This document shows, piece by piece, positions 19,444-29,065 of a DNA stretch of 64,000 bases. The notes beneath the pieces are model-generated. The model made no database searches. It worked only from the letters and a program-made list of their open reading frames with translations, and had not been told where the DNA came from. How positions within the stretch are numbered: the first letter of the stretch is position 1; each line of letters begins with the position of its first letter. Source of the stretch: an uncultured Acidobacteriota bacterium (GTDB lineage: Bacteria; Acidobacteriota; Vicinamibacteria; Vicinamibacterales; UBA8438). The translations under genes and the position numbers were made by a program. The stretch spans positions 96,001-160,000 of the forward strand of contig CAJWLU010000003.1 of NCBI GenBank assembly GCA_913043225.1, read 5' to 3'.

Positions 19444-20736
19444 TCATGGCGGTCCGAGTTCCTGATGCCAGGCCGCTGGTAGGTGCGGTTTGGTGTCACG
19501 CACGATCTCCAGGATCGTCCATCGTTCTTCGCTCGTCAGGTGCCGGGAACTTGCATGGTCGGTCGTCAGAGTCGTGAGAAGCCGCGCGTAGATCGTGTTA
19601 CGCACGTCGGATGGTAGGTTGTCGAGAAGCGGGCTGTAGATCAGATAGCTGAGTCGATAGCGAAAAAGACTGGTCTCGAGATCGAATTCACGTAGTGAGC
19701 GCCCCAGTCGGTCGCGAGGGCCGCCCGCCGAGAAGGTCTCGGTGAATGTGGAGACGCCCCGGATCGGCGCCGACAGAGGTGCTTCGTCGGCGAACAGCAT
19801 GTACCGCACGATCTCCTCAACGAGAGCAGCGCGGTCCTCCTTTTCGCTCGCATCCAGTAAGCCGTCGTGCTCGGCGATGCGAGCCTCCCAGCCGGCTCGG
19901 GTGAAGAGATTAAGCAGATGGGCCTGGTGCTCCAGGGTCATCAGCGCCACCAGATCGCTCGTCGGCACCGGGTAGTCGTCCGGATCGATGAACCGGGTCA
20001 GTGTCGTGAGGTTTTGGTTTGCCGGGTCGACGAATCCGGCTGGGGTCGAGGGGTCTCGGGCGACGGCGTTGCCGCGGTGGCGCTGGTCGCCATGTTCACC
20101 CGTGACATACCAGCCTCCCCATCGCTGCTCGAAGGGGGTGTCGTGGCTGGTGACCACGGTGCCCAGGGTGAAGTCGGGGCGGCCGGTGGCGGTGGTGGAG
20201 ACCGATCCAACATAGGGGCCGGGCACGCCGAGGGTGGCCGCCGCCTGATGACACTGCAAGCAGACGTTCGGTCGAGCGACCCGGGGGGCGCCGTCCGGCG
20301 AGCGGCCGAAGGTGTAGAAGCGGGCGCCGTCTTCCGGGACGAACGCCATTACCTCGAGCAGCGCTGCCCCCGGCACGAAGCCGATGGCCACAGTCTCGTT
20401 GAAGTAGAGGGCCCGCGGCTGCCGCGGACCGATGTGGTTCGACAGCAGACTGGTCTGCGAGAACACCAGGGCCTGGGAGTCGACCGGCACGTCCAGGCGC
20501 TCCAGAAGAGCAGGCAGGTAGCCAAAGCGTTCGTCGTGTTCGAGGGTGGTGGAGGCCGCCTCGAGCTGGCTGGCCAACTGCGCCACGATGTCGTCCGACT
20601 GTCGGCGGTGGTAGTCGATCGCCGGATGTCCGGCCGGCAGGTTGGCCCGATATGGTCCCGGCGGCGGCACCTGAGCTTCTGCGATGGCGGGCACGAACGC
20701 GAGCACGAGCGCGGCGAGGGTGCGCGAGGTGGCCAC
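19444..20736 (-). CDS. Secreted hypothetical protein with single CxxCH
   Basis: Signal peptide (AEA-Q); SQALVFSQTS, PRALYF, CLQCH, RWGGWYVTG, GRSLREFDL, SYLIYS. Confidence 0.75.
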   Translation of the reverse strand: MATSRTLAALVLAFVPAIAEAQVPPPGPYRANLPAGHPAIDYHRRQSDDIVAQLASQLEAASTTLEHDERFGYLPALLERLDVPVDSQALVFSQTSLLSNHIGPRQPRALYFNETVAIGFVPGAALLEVMAFVPEDGARFYTFGRSPDGAPRVARPNVCLQCHQAAATLGVPGPYVGSVSTTATGRPDFTLGTVVTSHDTPFEQRWGGWYVTGEHGDQRHRGNAVARDPSTPAGFVDPANQNLTTLTRFIDPDDYPVPTSDLVALMTLEHQAHLLNLFTRAGWEARIAEHDGLLDASEKEDRAALVEEIVRYMLFADEAPLSAPIRGVSTFTETFSAGGPRDRLGRSLREFDLETSLFRYRLSYLIYSPLLDNLPSDVRNTIYARLLTTLTTDHASSRHLTSEERWTILEIVRDTKPHLPAAWHQELGPP

Positions 20737-20839
20737 GCTCGGATTTTACGCCGATGCCGCACGGAGCGGAGCGTCGGGGCGAAATCCCTTCGGGTTCGCG
20801 AGCGGGATCGGCTAATCTGTGCCCGGACCTGTGGTAGAC

Positions 20840-23197
20840 ATGCGCCTACTCACGTTTACGGCGGTCTTGTCGCTGGTCGCGGCTGGAGGAGGCCTTGCCC
20901 AGGTGCTCCCTGATCGGGCCCTGCTTGACCGCTACTGCATGAGCTGTCACAGCGACCAGTCGCGACAGGGTGACCTCTCACTGGCCGACATCGACCTCGC
21001 CCGGCCAGCGGCGTATGCCCCAGTCCTCGAGAAGGTGGCTCGGAAGCTTCGCGCCGGTCTGATGCCGCCTCCTGGTCGACCCCGGCCAGAAGCCGATGTC
21101 GTCGATCAGTTCATCCTGGATATCGAGACTTCGATAGACGTTGCCGCAGCCAGCGAGCCGAACCCCGGGCGGCCGGTGCTACATCGCCTGAACCGCACGG
21201 AATACGCCAACGTAGTCAGGGATCTGCTGGGCTTGGAGGTACGCGCCGAGACGCTCCTGCCGCCCGATGACATGAGTCAGGGCTACGACAACATGTCGGA
21301 CGTGCTGACCGTATCGCCGGCGTTACTCGAGAGCTACATTTCGGCGGCGGGCAAGATCAGCCGTCTCGCGATCGGTGATCCGGATGTCAACCCGGCGGTT
21401 GAGACCTACGTGGTGCCCCAGGCGGTATCCCAGATGACTCACGTGCCGGGGACGCCGTTCGGCACCAGGGGTGGGCTGGCTGTCACGCACAATTTCCCCG
21501 CGGATGGGAAGTACGCGTTCCGGTTGTCGTTCTATTACTCAAGCATCGGTCCAATCTTCGGAGACAACATTCCCGCCGAAGGTGAGCAGATCGAGATCGC
21601 GATCGATGGCGAGCGGGTTGCGCTGCTCGACTTCGATCGGAAGCTCAAGACGACCGAGGATCTGCGCACGCCGCCGATAGCGATCACGGCCGGACCGCAT
21701 CAGCTGTCTGCCGCCTTTATCAAGCGCGCCGCCGGACCGGTGCAGGATTTCGTGATGCCGTTCGACCGCGTGTTGGCCGACCTCTCCACCGGTCATTTTC
21801 CCGGCCTGACTGGCCTGCCGCACCTCCGGAATCTCGGGATCGACGGTCCGTATGACGTGACCGGCGTCAGCGAGACGCCCAGTCGTGGCCGCGTGCTGAG
21901 CTGTCGACCCGCAACGCCAGAGGCGGAGCTCGGGTGTGCTCGGGAGATTGTGGGGCGTCTCGCGCGACGAGCCTTTAGGCGCCCGGTCGCGGACACCGAT
22001 CTCGATCGACTCCTAACGCTTTATGCCGAAGGGCGCGACGCTGGCGGTTTCGACGCAGGCATCCGACTGGCCCTCCAGGCGGTGCTTGCCGATCCCGAGT
22101 TCGTCTTCCGCTTCGAACGGACGCCATCTGATGCCGAGGTAGGCGAGAGCTACCAGATTAGTGACCTGGAGCTAGCGTCCAGGTTGTCCTTTTTCCTGTG
22201 GAGCAGCGTCCCGGATGAGGTGCTGCTTGCGGTTGCCGATGAGGGACGGCTGTCCGACCCGGCTGAATTGGAGCGGCAGGTACGCCGCATGCTCGACGAC
22301 TCGCGCGCCGAAGCGTTGTCGACGAGCTTTGCGTCACACTGGCTCCGTTTGCAGAACCTCAGCGACGCACATCCGGATGTCTATCTGTTCCCCAATTGGG
22401 ACGAGAACCTAAACCGATCGATGCGGCGTGAGACCGAGATGCTGTTCGACCACGTCGTGCGGGCGGATCGAAGTCTGCTGGAGCTGCTCGACGCCGACTA
22501 CACCTTTGTGAACGAGCGGCTGGCCGGACACTACGGGATCCCGAATGTCGTGGGCTCACGTTTTCGGCGCGTCGAGGTCGCCGCGCCGGAACGCCGAGGC
22601 CTGCTCGGTCACGCGAGCATCTTGACGTTGACCTCGGTGTCCAACCGCACGGCGCCGGTCATCCGGGGCGCGTGGGTGCTCGACGTGTTGCTAGGGACGC
22701 CGCCGCCGCGACCCCCGGCCGACGTCCCTCCTCTCGAGGAGAACGAGACGCACCAGGTACTGACATCGGTTCGGGATCGGGTGATCGCCCACCGGGCGAA
22801 TCCGGCCTGTGCGTCGTGCCACAACGTGATGGATCCGGTTGGGTTCGCGCTCGAGAACTTCGACGCGGTTGGGGCCTGGCGGACCATGGACGGACCGGAC
22901 CGGGTCGACCCGTCGGGCACGTTGTACGACGGGACGCCGGTTGACGGGCCCAGCGCCCTCCGCGGATTCTTGCTGGCCAACCATGATCTGTTTCTGACGA
23001 ATTTCGCACGCAACCTGTTGATGTACGCGACTGGTCGAGTCTTCCAGCCCTACGACATGCCGGCTGTACGGGAAGTGGTGTCGGAGGCTGCTGCGGCCGA
23101 CCATCGCTTCTCTGCCTACGTCCTGGGGGTGGTGAACAGTACACCCTTCAGGATGCGCCGTGCTGACCAGGTGCCAGATGACGTGGCGGTGCAATGA
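20840..23197 (+). CDS. DUF1592/DUF1588/DUF1587/DUF1585/DUF1595-domain c-type cytochrome
   Basis: Signal peptide; CMSCH..MPP; HRLNRTEY; ELASRLSFFLWSSVPD; RRGLLGHASIL; HRANPACASCH. Confidence 0.92.
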   Translation: MRLLTFTAVLSLVAAGGGLAQVLPDRALLDRYCMSCHSDQSRQGDLSLADIDLARPAAYAPVLEKVARKLRAGLMPPPGRPRPEADVVDQFILDIETSIDVAAASEPNPGRPVLHRLNRTEYANVVRDLLGLEVRAETLLPPDDMSQGYDNMSDVLTVSPALLESYISAAGKISRLAIGDPDVNPAVETYVVPQAVSQMTHVPGTPFGTRGGLAVTHNFPADGKYAFRLSFYYSSIGPIFGDNIPAEGEQIEIAIDGERVALLDFDRKLKTTEDLRTPPIAITAGPHQLSAAFIKRAAGPVQDFVMPFDRVLADLSTGHFPGLTGLPHLRNLGIDGPYDVTGVSETPSRGRVLSCRPATPEAELGCAREIVGRLARRAFRRPVADTDLDRLLTLYAEGRDAGGFDAGIRLALQAVLADPEFVFRFERTPSDAEVGESYQISDLELASRLSFFLWSSVPDEVLLAVADEGRLSDPAELERQVRRMLDDSRAEALSTSFASHWLRLQNLSDAHPDVYLFPNWDENLNRSMRRETEMLFDHVVRADRSLLELLDADYTFVNERLAGHYGIPNVVGSRFRRVEVAAPERRGLLGHASILTLTSVSNRTAPVIRGAWVLDVLLGTPPPRPPADVPPLEENETHQVLTSVRDRVIAHRANPACASCHNVMDPVGFALENFDAVGAWRTMDGPDRVDPSGTLYDGTPVDGPSALRGFLLANHDLFLTNFARNLLMYATGRVFQPYDMPAVREVVSEAAAADHRFSAYVLGVVNSTPFRMRRADQVPDDVAVQ

Positions 23198-23242
23198 CCA
23201 GAGATCTGGGAAGATAGAGGGGAAGACGCGGGAGAAAGCGGC

Positions 23243-24616
23243 ATGTACATCACACGGAAGCACATCTCGAGACGTAAAGCGCTACGTGGTGTCGGGGTTA
23301 CCCTGGCGCTGCCGTGGCTCGAAGCCATGATGCCGGCGCAGACGGCGATTCGTGGGTCGGCGGCCCAGCCTCGTACCCGGTTTGCCGCGCTTGAGATGGT
23401 GCACGGGTCGGCGGGCAGCACGGGTGAAGGCACCAGGCTGCACTACTGGTCGCCTCGCACCGTCGGTCGGAATTTCGAGACCACTCCGATCCTGCGTCCC
23501 CTCGAGCCGTATCAGGACTATGTGACGATCGTTAGCCACACGGACATCGCTCCCGCCACGGCACAGACCGAGGCCGAGGCGGGCGCCGACCACACCCGTT
23601 CGTCGGCCGCGTTCTTGACGTCGGCGCACGCCAAGATGACCGAGGGCGCCGACATCTACAACGGGACGTCGGTAGATCAGCTCTATGCCAGGGCCCATGG
23701 TCAGGACACACCGCTGCCGTCGATCCAGCTTTGCGTGGAGGATGTGGGCTCGCTGACGGGCGCCTGCGGTTACGGCTACAGCTGCGTCTATGCCAACACG
23801 ATCTCCTGGTCGTCTCCGACCACGCCGCTCCCGATGGAGCGGGACCCACGCGTGGTCTTCGAGCGGTTGTTCGGCGACGGTGCGACGCCCGAGCAGCGGA
23901 TGCAGCGACGGCAGGCCAACGCGAGCATCCTCGACGCCATTCTCGGGAAGGTCGCCGAGCTGCAGCGTGACTTGGGCGCTGCGGACCGGGCCCGCCTCAG
24001 CGACTATCTCGAGGATGTTCGAGAGATCGAGCGCCGCATAGAGCTGGTCGAGGGGCAAAATGCGACTCGGCGGGGTGTCGATCTGCCGGACGCCCCGGTT
24101 GGGGTGCCGGATGCCTGGACCGATCACATCCGCATGATGTTCGACCTGCAGGTCTTGGCGTTCACGACCGACGTGACCCGGGTGTCGGCGTTCAAGATGG
24201 GGCGTGACGTTAGTTCACGGGTCTACACCGAGAGCGGCGTGGAGACGCCATTCCACTCGCTGTCCCACCACGGCAACCGGTCGGACAAGCTGGCGGAGTT
24301 CGCCAAGCTGAACGAGTTCCACGTCGATCAGGTCGCCTACTTCATCGATCGATTGAAGAATACGCCCGACGGCGATGGCAACCTGCTGGATCACTCGATG
24401 GTGCTCTACGGCAGCCCCATGGGCGATGGTAGCGTCCACAATCATCTGCGGGTTCCGCTGTTCCTGGCCGGTCACGCCAATGGCCAGCTGAAGGGCAACT
24501 CTCATGTGCTGTGCGAGGACGGGACGCCGATGGCGAACCTGCTGCTGACGATGATGCACAAGCTCGAAGTGGGCGTTGACAGCGTCGGCGACAGTACCGG
24601 CGAGATCGCGATCTGA
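23243..24616 (+). CDS. DUF1552-family protein (Tat-type signal)
   Basis: SRRKALRGVGVTLALPWLEAM; GACGYGYSCVY; PRVVFERLFG; FHSLSHH; GDSTG. Confidence 0.92.
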   Translation: MYITRKHISRRKALRGVGVTLALPWLEAMMPAQTAIRGSAAQPRTRFAALEMVHGSAGSTGEGTRLHYWSPRTVGRNFETTPILRPLEPYQDYVTIVSHTDIAPATAQTEAEAGADHTRSSAAFLTSAHAKMTEGADIYNGTSVDQLYARAHGQDTPLPSIQLCVEDVGSLTGACGYGYSCVYANTISWSSPTTPLPMERDPRVVFERLFGDGATPEQRMQRRQANASILDAILGKVAELQRDLGAADRARLSDYLEDVREIERRIELVEGQNATRRGVDLPDAPVGVPDAWTDHIRMMFDLQVLAFTTDVTRVSAFKMGRDVSSRVYTESGVETPFHSLSHHGNRSDKLAEFAKLNEFHVDQVAYFIDRLKNTPDGDGNLLDHSMVLYGSPMGDGSVHNHLRVPLFLAGHANGQLKGNSHVLCEDGTPMANLLLTMMHKLEVGVDSVGDSTGEIAI

Positions 24617-24618
24617 CG

Positions 24619-26184
24619 ATGAAGAGCCTGGCGCACCTTTTGTGCACCGCGGCGTTCGTCGGTGGGTTGGTCCTGCCGGCGGCCGCGGCTGACGCGCCTG
24701 TCGCCGATGCGGCGCAGGAGGCGGACCTGACGACGGTGCTCGCCCTGATCGGGCAAGGGGCCGACGTCAACGTTTCTCAAGGCGATGGCATGACCGCCAT
24801 GCACTGGGCGGCATTCCACGATGACTTGGAGTTGGCCCGGGCGCTCCTGTCGGTCCGGGCAGACGTCGATCGGGGCACCCGCGTGGGTGGGTTGCAGCCG
24901 CTCTGGATGGCGGCGACCAATGGTAGCGCGGAGATGATCCGCGTACTGGTTGACGCTGGCGCCAACGTCAATGCTGCAAATGGCACCGGGGCTACACCGC
25001 TCATGGCCGCGGCCATGTCTGGCAGCGTCGACGCTGTAGTGCTCTTGCTCGACGAAGGCGCGTTCGCCAACGCACGCGAGACGGCGAACGGCCAGACCCC
25101 GCTCATGTTCGCTGCCTGGGAAGATCGTGCAGACGTCATCCGCTTGCTCATCGACCGAGGCGCCCATGTGGGGTTGACGTCGTGGGTGGTGTCGATGGCC
25201 GAGCAACAGTACGACTCCGACGGGAATCTTCTGCCGACGCGTCGCCCGCGGGCGCCGGGCGGGAACTCGGTTATGGGTGGGATGACCGCCCTTCTGTTCG
25301 CCGCTCGAGATGGTCATCTGGCTGCGGTCGAGGCCCTGGTCGAGGGGGGCGTGAATGTGGACCAGGTGGCCGGGAGCGAAGGCTCCAGCCCCATGGTGAT
25401 CGCGATCGCCAACGGGCACTACACGGTGGCGAAGTATTTGCTCGATGCCGGGGCAGACCCCAACGTGGAGAACGTGGATGGGCTAGCCCCGCTATACGCC
25501 ACGATCAACATGCGGTTCGCGCCGGTGTCGTGGGCCCCGAATCCCCGCACGGATCAGGAACGGGTAGACGCCGTGACTCTGGTGGCGGCACTGCTCGATG
25601 CCGGGGCAGATCCCGATGCTCGGATCGCCCGTGGGTTGTGGTTTAGTCCCACCTCGCACAATCGGCTCTGGATCAACCCGGCCGGTGCCACCCCGTTCTG
25701 GCGTGCTGCCCAGGCCAGTGACGTGGAGTCGATGCGGTTGCTGCTTCGCGCCGGTGCCGATCCGCATCTTGCCACCACCGATGGCACCACCCCGCTGATG
25801 GTGGCGTCGGGCATCGGGTGGCGCGGCAACTTCAGCCAGAACGCGCTAGGTGCCTGGATGGACGCGGTGCGCTTCCTGGTGGAATTGGGCGCGGATGTAA
25901 CGGCGAGCGACCGTAGCGGCTACACCGCGCTGCACGGGGCCGCCGCGCTCGGCGATAACGAGATGGTCGAGTATCTCGTGTCGCACGGGGCCGGCGTAGA
26001 TGCCATTGACCGGCGCGGTAACTCTCCGGCCGACATGGCGTTTGGCCCGTCGAGATTCTTCATTCCCAAGCCGAAAACTGTCGAGTTGCTGGTTCGACTC
26101 GGCTCGCCGTTCCAGGACAAGTGCCGATCCGACCAGTGCGTGGACGGGAAGTTCTTCGGGGGTGCGTCAACCACTCCGCGCTGA
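24619..26184 (+). CDS. Secreted ankyrin-repeat protein
   Basis: Signal peptide; many GxTPLMxAA/GAxVN repeats; GATPFWRAA; C-terminal CxxxxC. Confidence 0.92.
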   Translation: MKSLAHLLCTAAFVGGLVLPAAAADAPVADAAQEADLTTVLALIGQGADVNVSQGDGMTAMHWAAFHDDLELARALLSVRADVDRGTRVGGLQPLWMAATNGSAEMIRVLVDAGANVNAANGTGATPLMAAAMSGSVDAVVLLLDEGAFANARETANGQTPLMFAAWEDRADVIRLLIDRGAHVGLTSWVVSMAEQQYDSDGNLLPTRRPRAPGGNSVMGGMTALLFAARDGHLAAVEALVEGGVNVDQVAGSEGSSPMVIAIANGHYTVAKYLLDAGADPNVENVDGLAPLYATINMRFAPVSWAPNPRTDQERVDAVTLVAALLDAGADPDARIARGLWFSPTSHNRLWINPAGATPFWRAAQASDVESMRLLLRAGADPHLATTDGTTPLMVASGIGWRGNFSQNALGAWMDAVRFLVELGADVTASDRSGYTALHGAAALGDNEMVEYLVSHGAGVDAIDRRGNSPADMAFGPSRFFIPKPKTVELLVRLGSPFQDKCRSDQCVDGKFFGGASTTPR

Positions 26185-26234
26185 ACGATACGGACCCCCC
26201 TGGCACGGCGGTATGCACCGCGACTCGGAGCCGG

Positions 26235-26480
26235 ACGCTCGAGGAGCTACTTGGCGGCCGTGGCGCTGACTATATGAGCGCGCTGGCCGATGCCGTGGCT
26301 TTCGAGGCCAGTTCGTTCGATGTGGTCCATGTGTTTCTGCCCCGTTCGTTCCGGAAGCTTCCGGTGGTAGACGCTGAGCGCTGGGTGGCGGGGCAGGTCA
26401 GTCGCTGGCACGTGCTCTTGGCCATCGACTCGTCGCGCGATAATTCCCGGTTGTTCTGGGTGGCCGAGTGTCGACCCGCC
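26235..26480 (+). pseudogene. Possible class I SAM methyltransferase relic
   Basis: Only ADAVAFEASSFDVV resembles the AExLPFxxxSFDVV motif; no intact ORF. Confidence 0.25.
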
Positions 26481-26524
26481 GGTGACGCCGTCGGCGATTC
26501 CGGCATGCGGGTCGCCCGCGGGTG

Positions 26525-28162
26525 TCAGCGGGTGAAGCGGTCGTCTGCACCGGTGGTGCGCACGAGGACCGCGTCGTTCGAGATCTCGCGCACGATCTCT
26601 ACGCCCGTCCCTTCAAGCTGCATTTCTCGAGCTCCCAGCGTCGTGGTGACCACGATGGTGCCTGCCGGCCCGCCGGTTTCCCATTCATCGACCGGACGCC
26701 GCAGGTAATACTCGATGCCGAACTGCCACGTGCGGTGGAGTCCGTAGCTCCGAACCGGCGCGCTGCTGGCGAGCGCCGAGGCTTTCTCGGCCACGCTCCT
26801 CGTGCTGATGAACGGGTCGAGTGTTGGCATCAGGAACAGGCTGAGCTGCCACAGCGCGAGGGTGACTCCGAGGGCGGTAGTGGCGACCACGGGCAGGAGC
26901 TGCCGACGTGCACCGAAGAATAGGCTCCCGAGTCCGGCCAGGCCCATGATCGCCCCGAGCGGTCGGACAGCGCCAGGCGCCACTCCCGCGCTTTCCACCC
27001 CAGGCGCGACGAGGAATGCAACCGACATCGCGAGTAGGGTGCCGGCGGTGCTCATGCCGAGGGCGCGCACTGCGCGTCGCTGCTCTAGAGTGACCGCGAT
27101 GCTCCGGGCTAGGAGCAGGATGGCTGGTGGCACCGACGGGAGCACATAGCCGGGGAGCTTCGATTGGGACAGACTGAAGAACGCGATGGGGAACACGACC
27201 CAGCATGCGAGAAAGATCGACGCCGATCCTTTCCGGGCACGCGTCTGGAGTGCGGCGCGTCCCTCGCGAGCCACGCCGACGATCCAGGCCGACCAGGGAG
27301 CTAGCGCCAGGATCATGACGGGGCCGTAGAACCAGAACGGCTGGACATGGCGGAAGACCGGCGTGAGGAACCGCTCGACGTTGTGCGAGATGAGGAAGAC
27401 CTGTACGAACTCTGGGTTGGCGAGGCCGACGAGCACGTACCAGGGCGATGCGACCACGCAGAAGGTCAGGATGGCCCAGGGAGAGGCCAGGCGCCAGATG
27501 CGCTCGGGACGCCCCACCAGCACAGACGCGATTACGCTCGATGACCCAGCCAGGAGGACGCCGGCGGGGCCCTTCGCGAGGACTGCCAGACCAAGTGCCC
27601 CACCCCAACCTACTTCGAAGCCGCGTCCGGCTTCACCTTGGGGCCGGATGACGATCGGCAGGGCCAGGGCCAGGGCCAGGATCAAGGTCGACGTGAAGAT
27701 GGTGTCGGTGGTGGCAGCCCTCGCAAACACCAGCGTAGCGATGCTTGAGGGATACAGGACCGTAAAGAGCAGGGTGGTCGTGCGGCCAAAGTATCGCCAC
27801 CCCAGCCAGCCGGCCGCCAGCATCGAGATCAGGGACCCGAGAATCGACGGAAGACGGGCGGCGAGCTCGCCCTCACCGAGCAGCTGGTAGCCTGCGGCGG
27901 CGATCCAGTAGTAAAGGATAGGTTTTTCCAGCCAGGCTTCCCCGTACAGTTTCGGTGTAACCCAGTCGCCGCTTTCTGCCATGGCTCTGGCGATTGCTGC
28001 ATAGCGGGGTTCGTCTGGGCCGACGAGGCCGAAGACGGTCATCCCGCTGAAGAAGCTCACGTAGCAGGCGAGTCCGGCAATGGCGACGAGCGTCCATTCG
28101 AAGGGGCTTAGCGACAGGGGGGGCGCTTCGGCGGGGGTCGTTGGCGGATTGGTGTGGCTCAT
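26525..28162 (-). CDS. ArnT/PMT-like (GT-C fold) glycosyltransferase
   Basis: DEPRYAAIARAM..GDWVTP, EKPILYYW, AARLPS, LAKGP, PFWFY, SQSKLPGYVLP; about 12 TM segments. Confidence 0.9.
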   Translation of the reverse strand: MSHTNPPTTPAEAPPLSLSPFEWTLVAIAGLACYVSFFSGMTVFGLVGPDEPRYAAIARAMAESGDWVTPKLYGEAWLEKPILYYWIAAAGYQLLGEGELAARLPSILGSLISMLAAGWLGWRYFGRTTTLLFTVLYPSSIATLVFARAATTDTIFTSTLILALALALPIVIRPQGEAGRGFEVGWGGALGLAVLAKGPAGVLLAGSSSVIASVLVGRPERIWRLASPWAILTFCVVASPWYVLVGLANPEFVQVFLISHNVERFLTPVFRHVQPFWFYGPVMILALAPWSAWIVGVAREGRAALQTRARKGSASIFLACWVVFPIAFFSLSQSKLPGYVLPSVPPAILLLARSIAVTLEQRRAVRALGMSTAGTLLAMSVAFLVAPGVESAGVAPGAVRPLGAIMGLAGLGSLFFGARRQLLPVVATTALGVTLALWQLSLFLMPTLDPFISTRSVAEKASALASSAPVRSYGLHRTWQFGIEYYLRRPVDEWETGGPAGTIVVTTTLGAREMQLEGTGVEIVREISNDAVLVRTTGADDRFTR

Positions 28163-28419
28163 TGGCGAACGGCCAGCTGACGGGCAGATTGTATGCCGAG
28201 CCCGCGTCGTCCGGTAGTGTGGAGCCCGTTCGGATAGGTGACGATGGGAGCGTTGAGTGCGACTTCTTACGAGGTTGACCGAATTGGGTGAAAATTGACG
28301 AAATTGATCTGCGCGGATCGTTGTCGAACATGTTATTGTCGACTACGTGGCAGAGTGGGCTGGGTAGAGATTCCAGGCCCCCGAAGGAAATTCGGCAGAA
28401 CGAGGGAGGTGATCGCCCT

Positions 28420-29064
28420 ATGAATCAGGAGATCATCGAGTTGACTGAGGAAGCGACCGAGCAGGGCGTTTCCCGACGTGGTTTCATCAAGGGCGCCATT
28501 GCGGCCAGCGCAGCTGTGTCGTCGTCGAACTACCTGTTCCGTGGGAACGGCGGGACGGCGCTTGCACAGTCGCCAGCGGCCGGAGCCGTTGAGCGTCTCA
28601 TCACGCTCAATATCAACGGTCGCAGCCGTCGAGTGCAGGCGCCTCCGATGGAGACCCTGTCGACGACGTTGCGCTATACCCTGGGCCTGACCGGCACCAA
28701 GATTGGGTGCGATCGTGCCGAGTGCGGCGCTTGTACCGTGCTGCTCGACGGTCAGCCGCACTATGGCTGTTCCGTGCTCACTCACTCGGTGCGTGGCCGT
28801 GAGGTCACCAGCATCGAGGGGCTCGAGGGCGAGGACGGCACGCTGCATCCGATGCAGCAGGCCGTGCTCGAGGAGCAGGGCTTCCAATGCGCGTTCTGCA
28901 TGTCGGGGTTCATCATGAACACCGTGGCACTGCTCAATGAGAACCAGAACCCGACGCGGAAGGACGCCGCCGAGTGGCTCTCGGGCAACCTGTGTCGGTG
29001 TGCAGACTACGACAAGATCCTGACGTCCGTCATGCGGGCGGCGGAAATCACGCGGGGGGCCTGA
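28420..29064 (+). CDS. Tat-exported 2x[2Fe-2S] subunit of a xanthine dehydrogenase-family oxidoreductase (PaoA-like)
   Basis: GGGAGG RBS; SRRGFIK; GCDRAECGACTV; QCAFC; GNLCRC. Confidence 0.92.
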   Translation: MNQEIIELTEEATEQGVSRRGFIKGAIAASAAVSSSNYLFRGNGGTALAQSPAAGAVERLITLNINGRSRRVQAPPMETLSTTLRYTLGLTGTKIGCDRAECGACTVLLDGQPHYGCSVLTHSVRGREVTSIEGLEGEDGTLHPMQQAVLEEQGFQCAFCMSGFIMNTVALLNENQNPTRKDAAEWLSGNLCRCADYDKILTSVMRAAEITRGA

Positions 29065-29065
29065 C

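Noticed and set aside
26201..26217. TGGCACGGCGGTATGCA as a sigma54 promoter
   Set aside because: GG-to-GC spacing is 11 nt, not the required 10.
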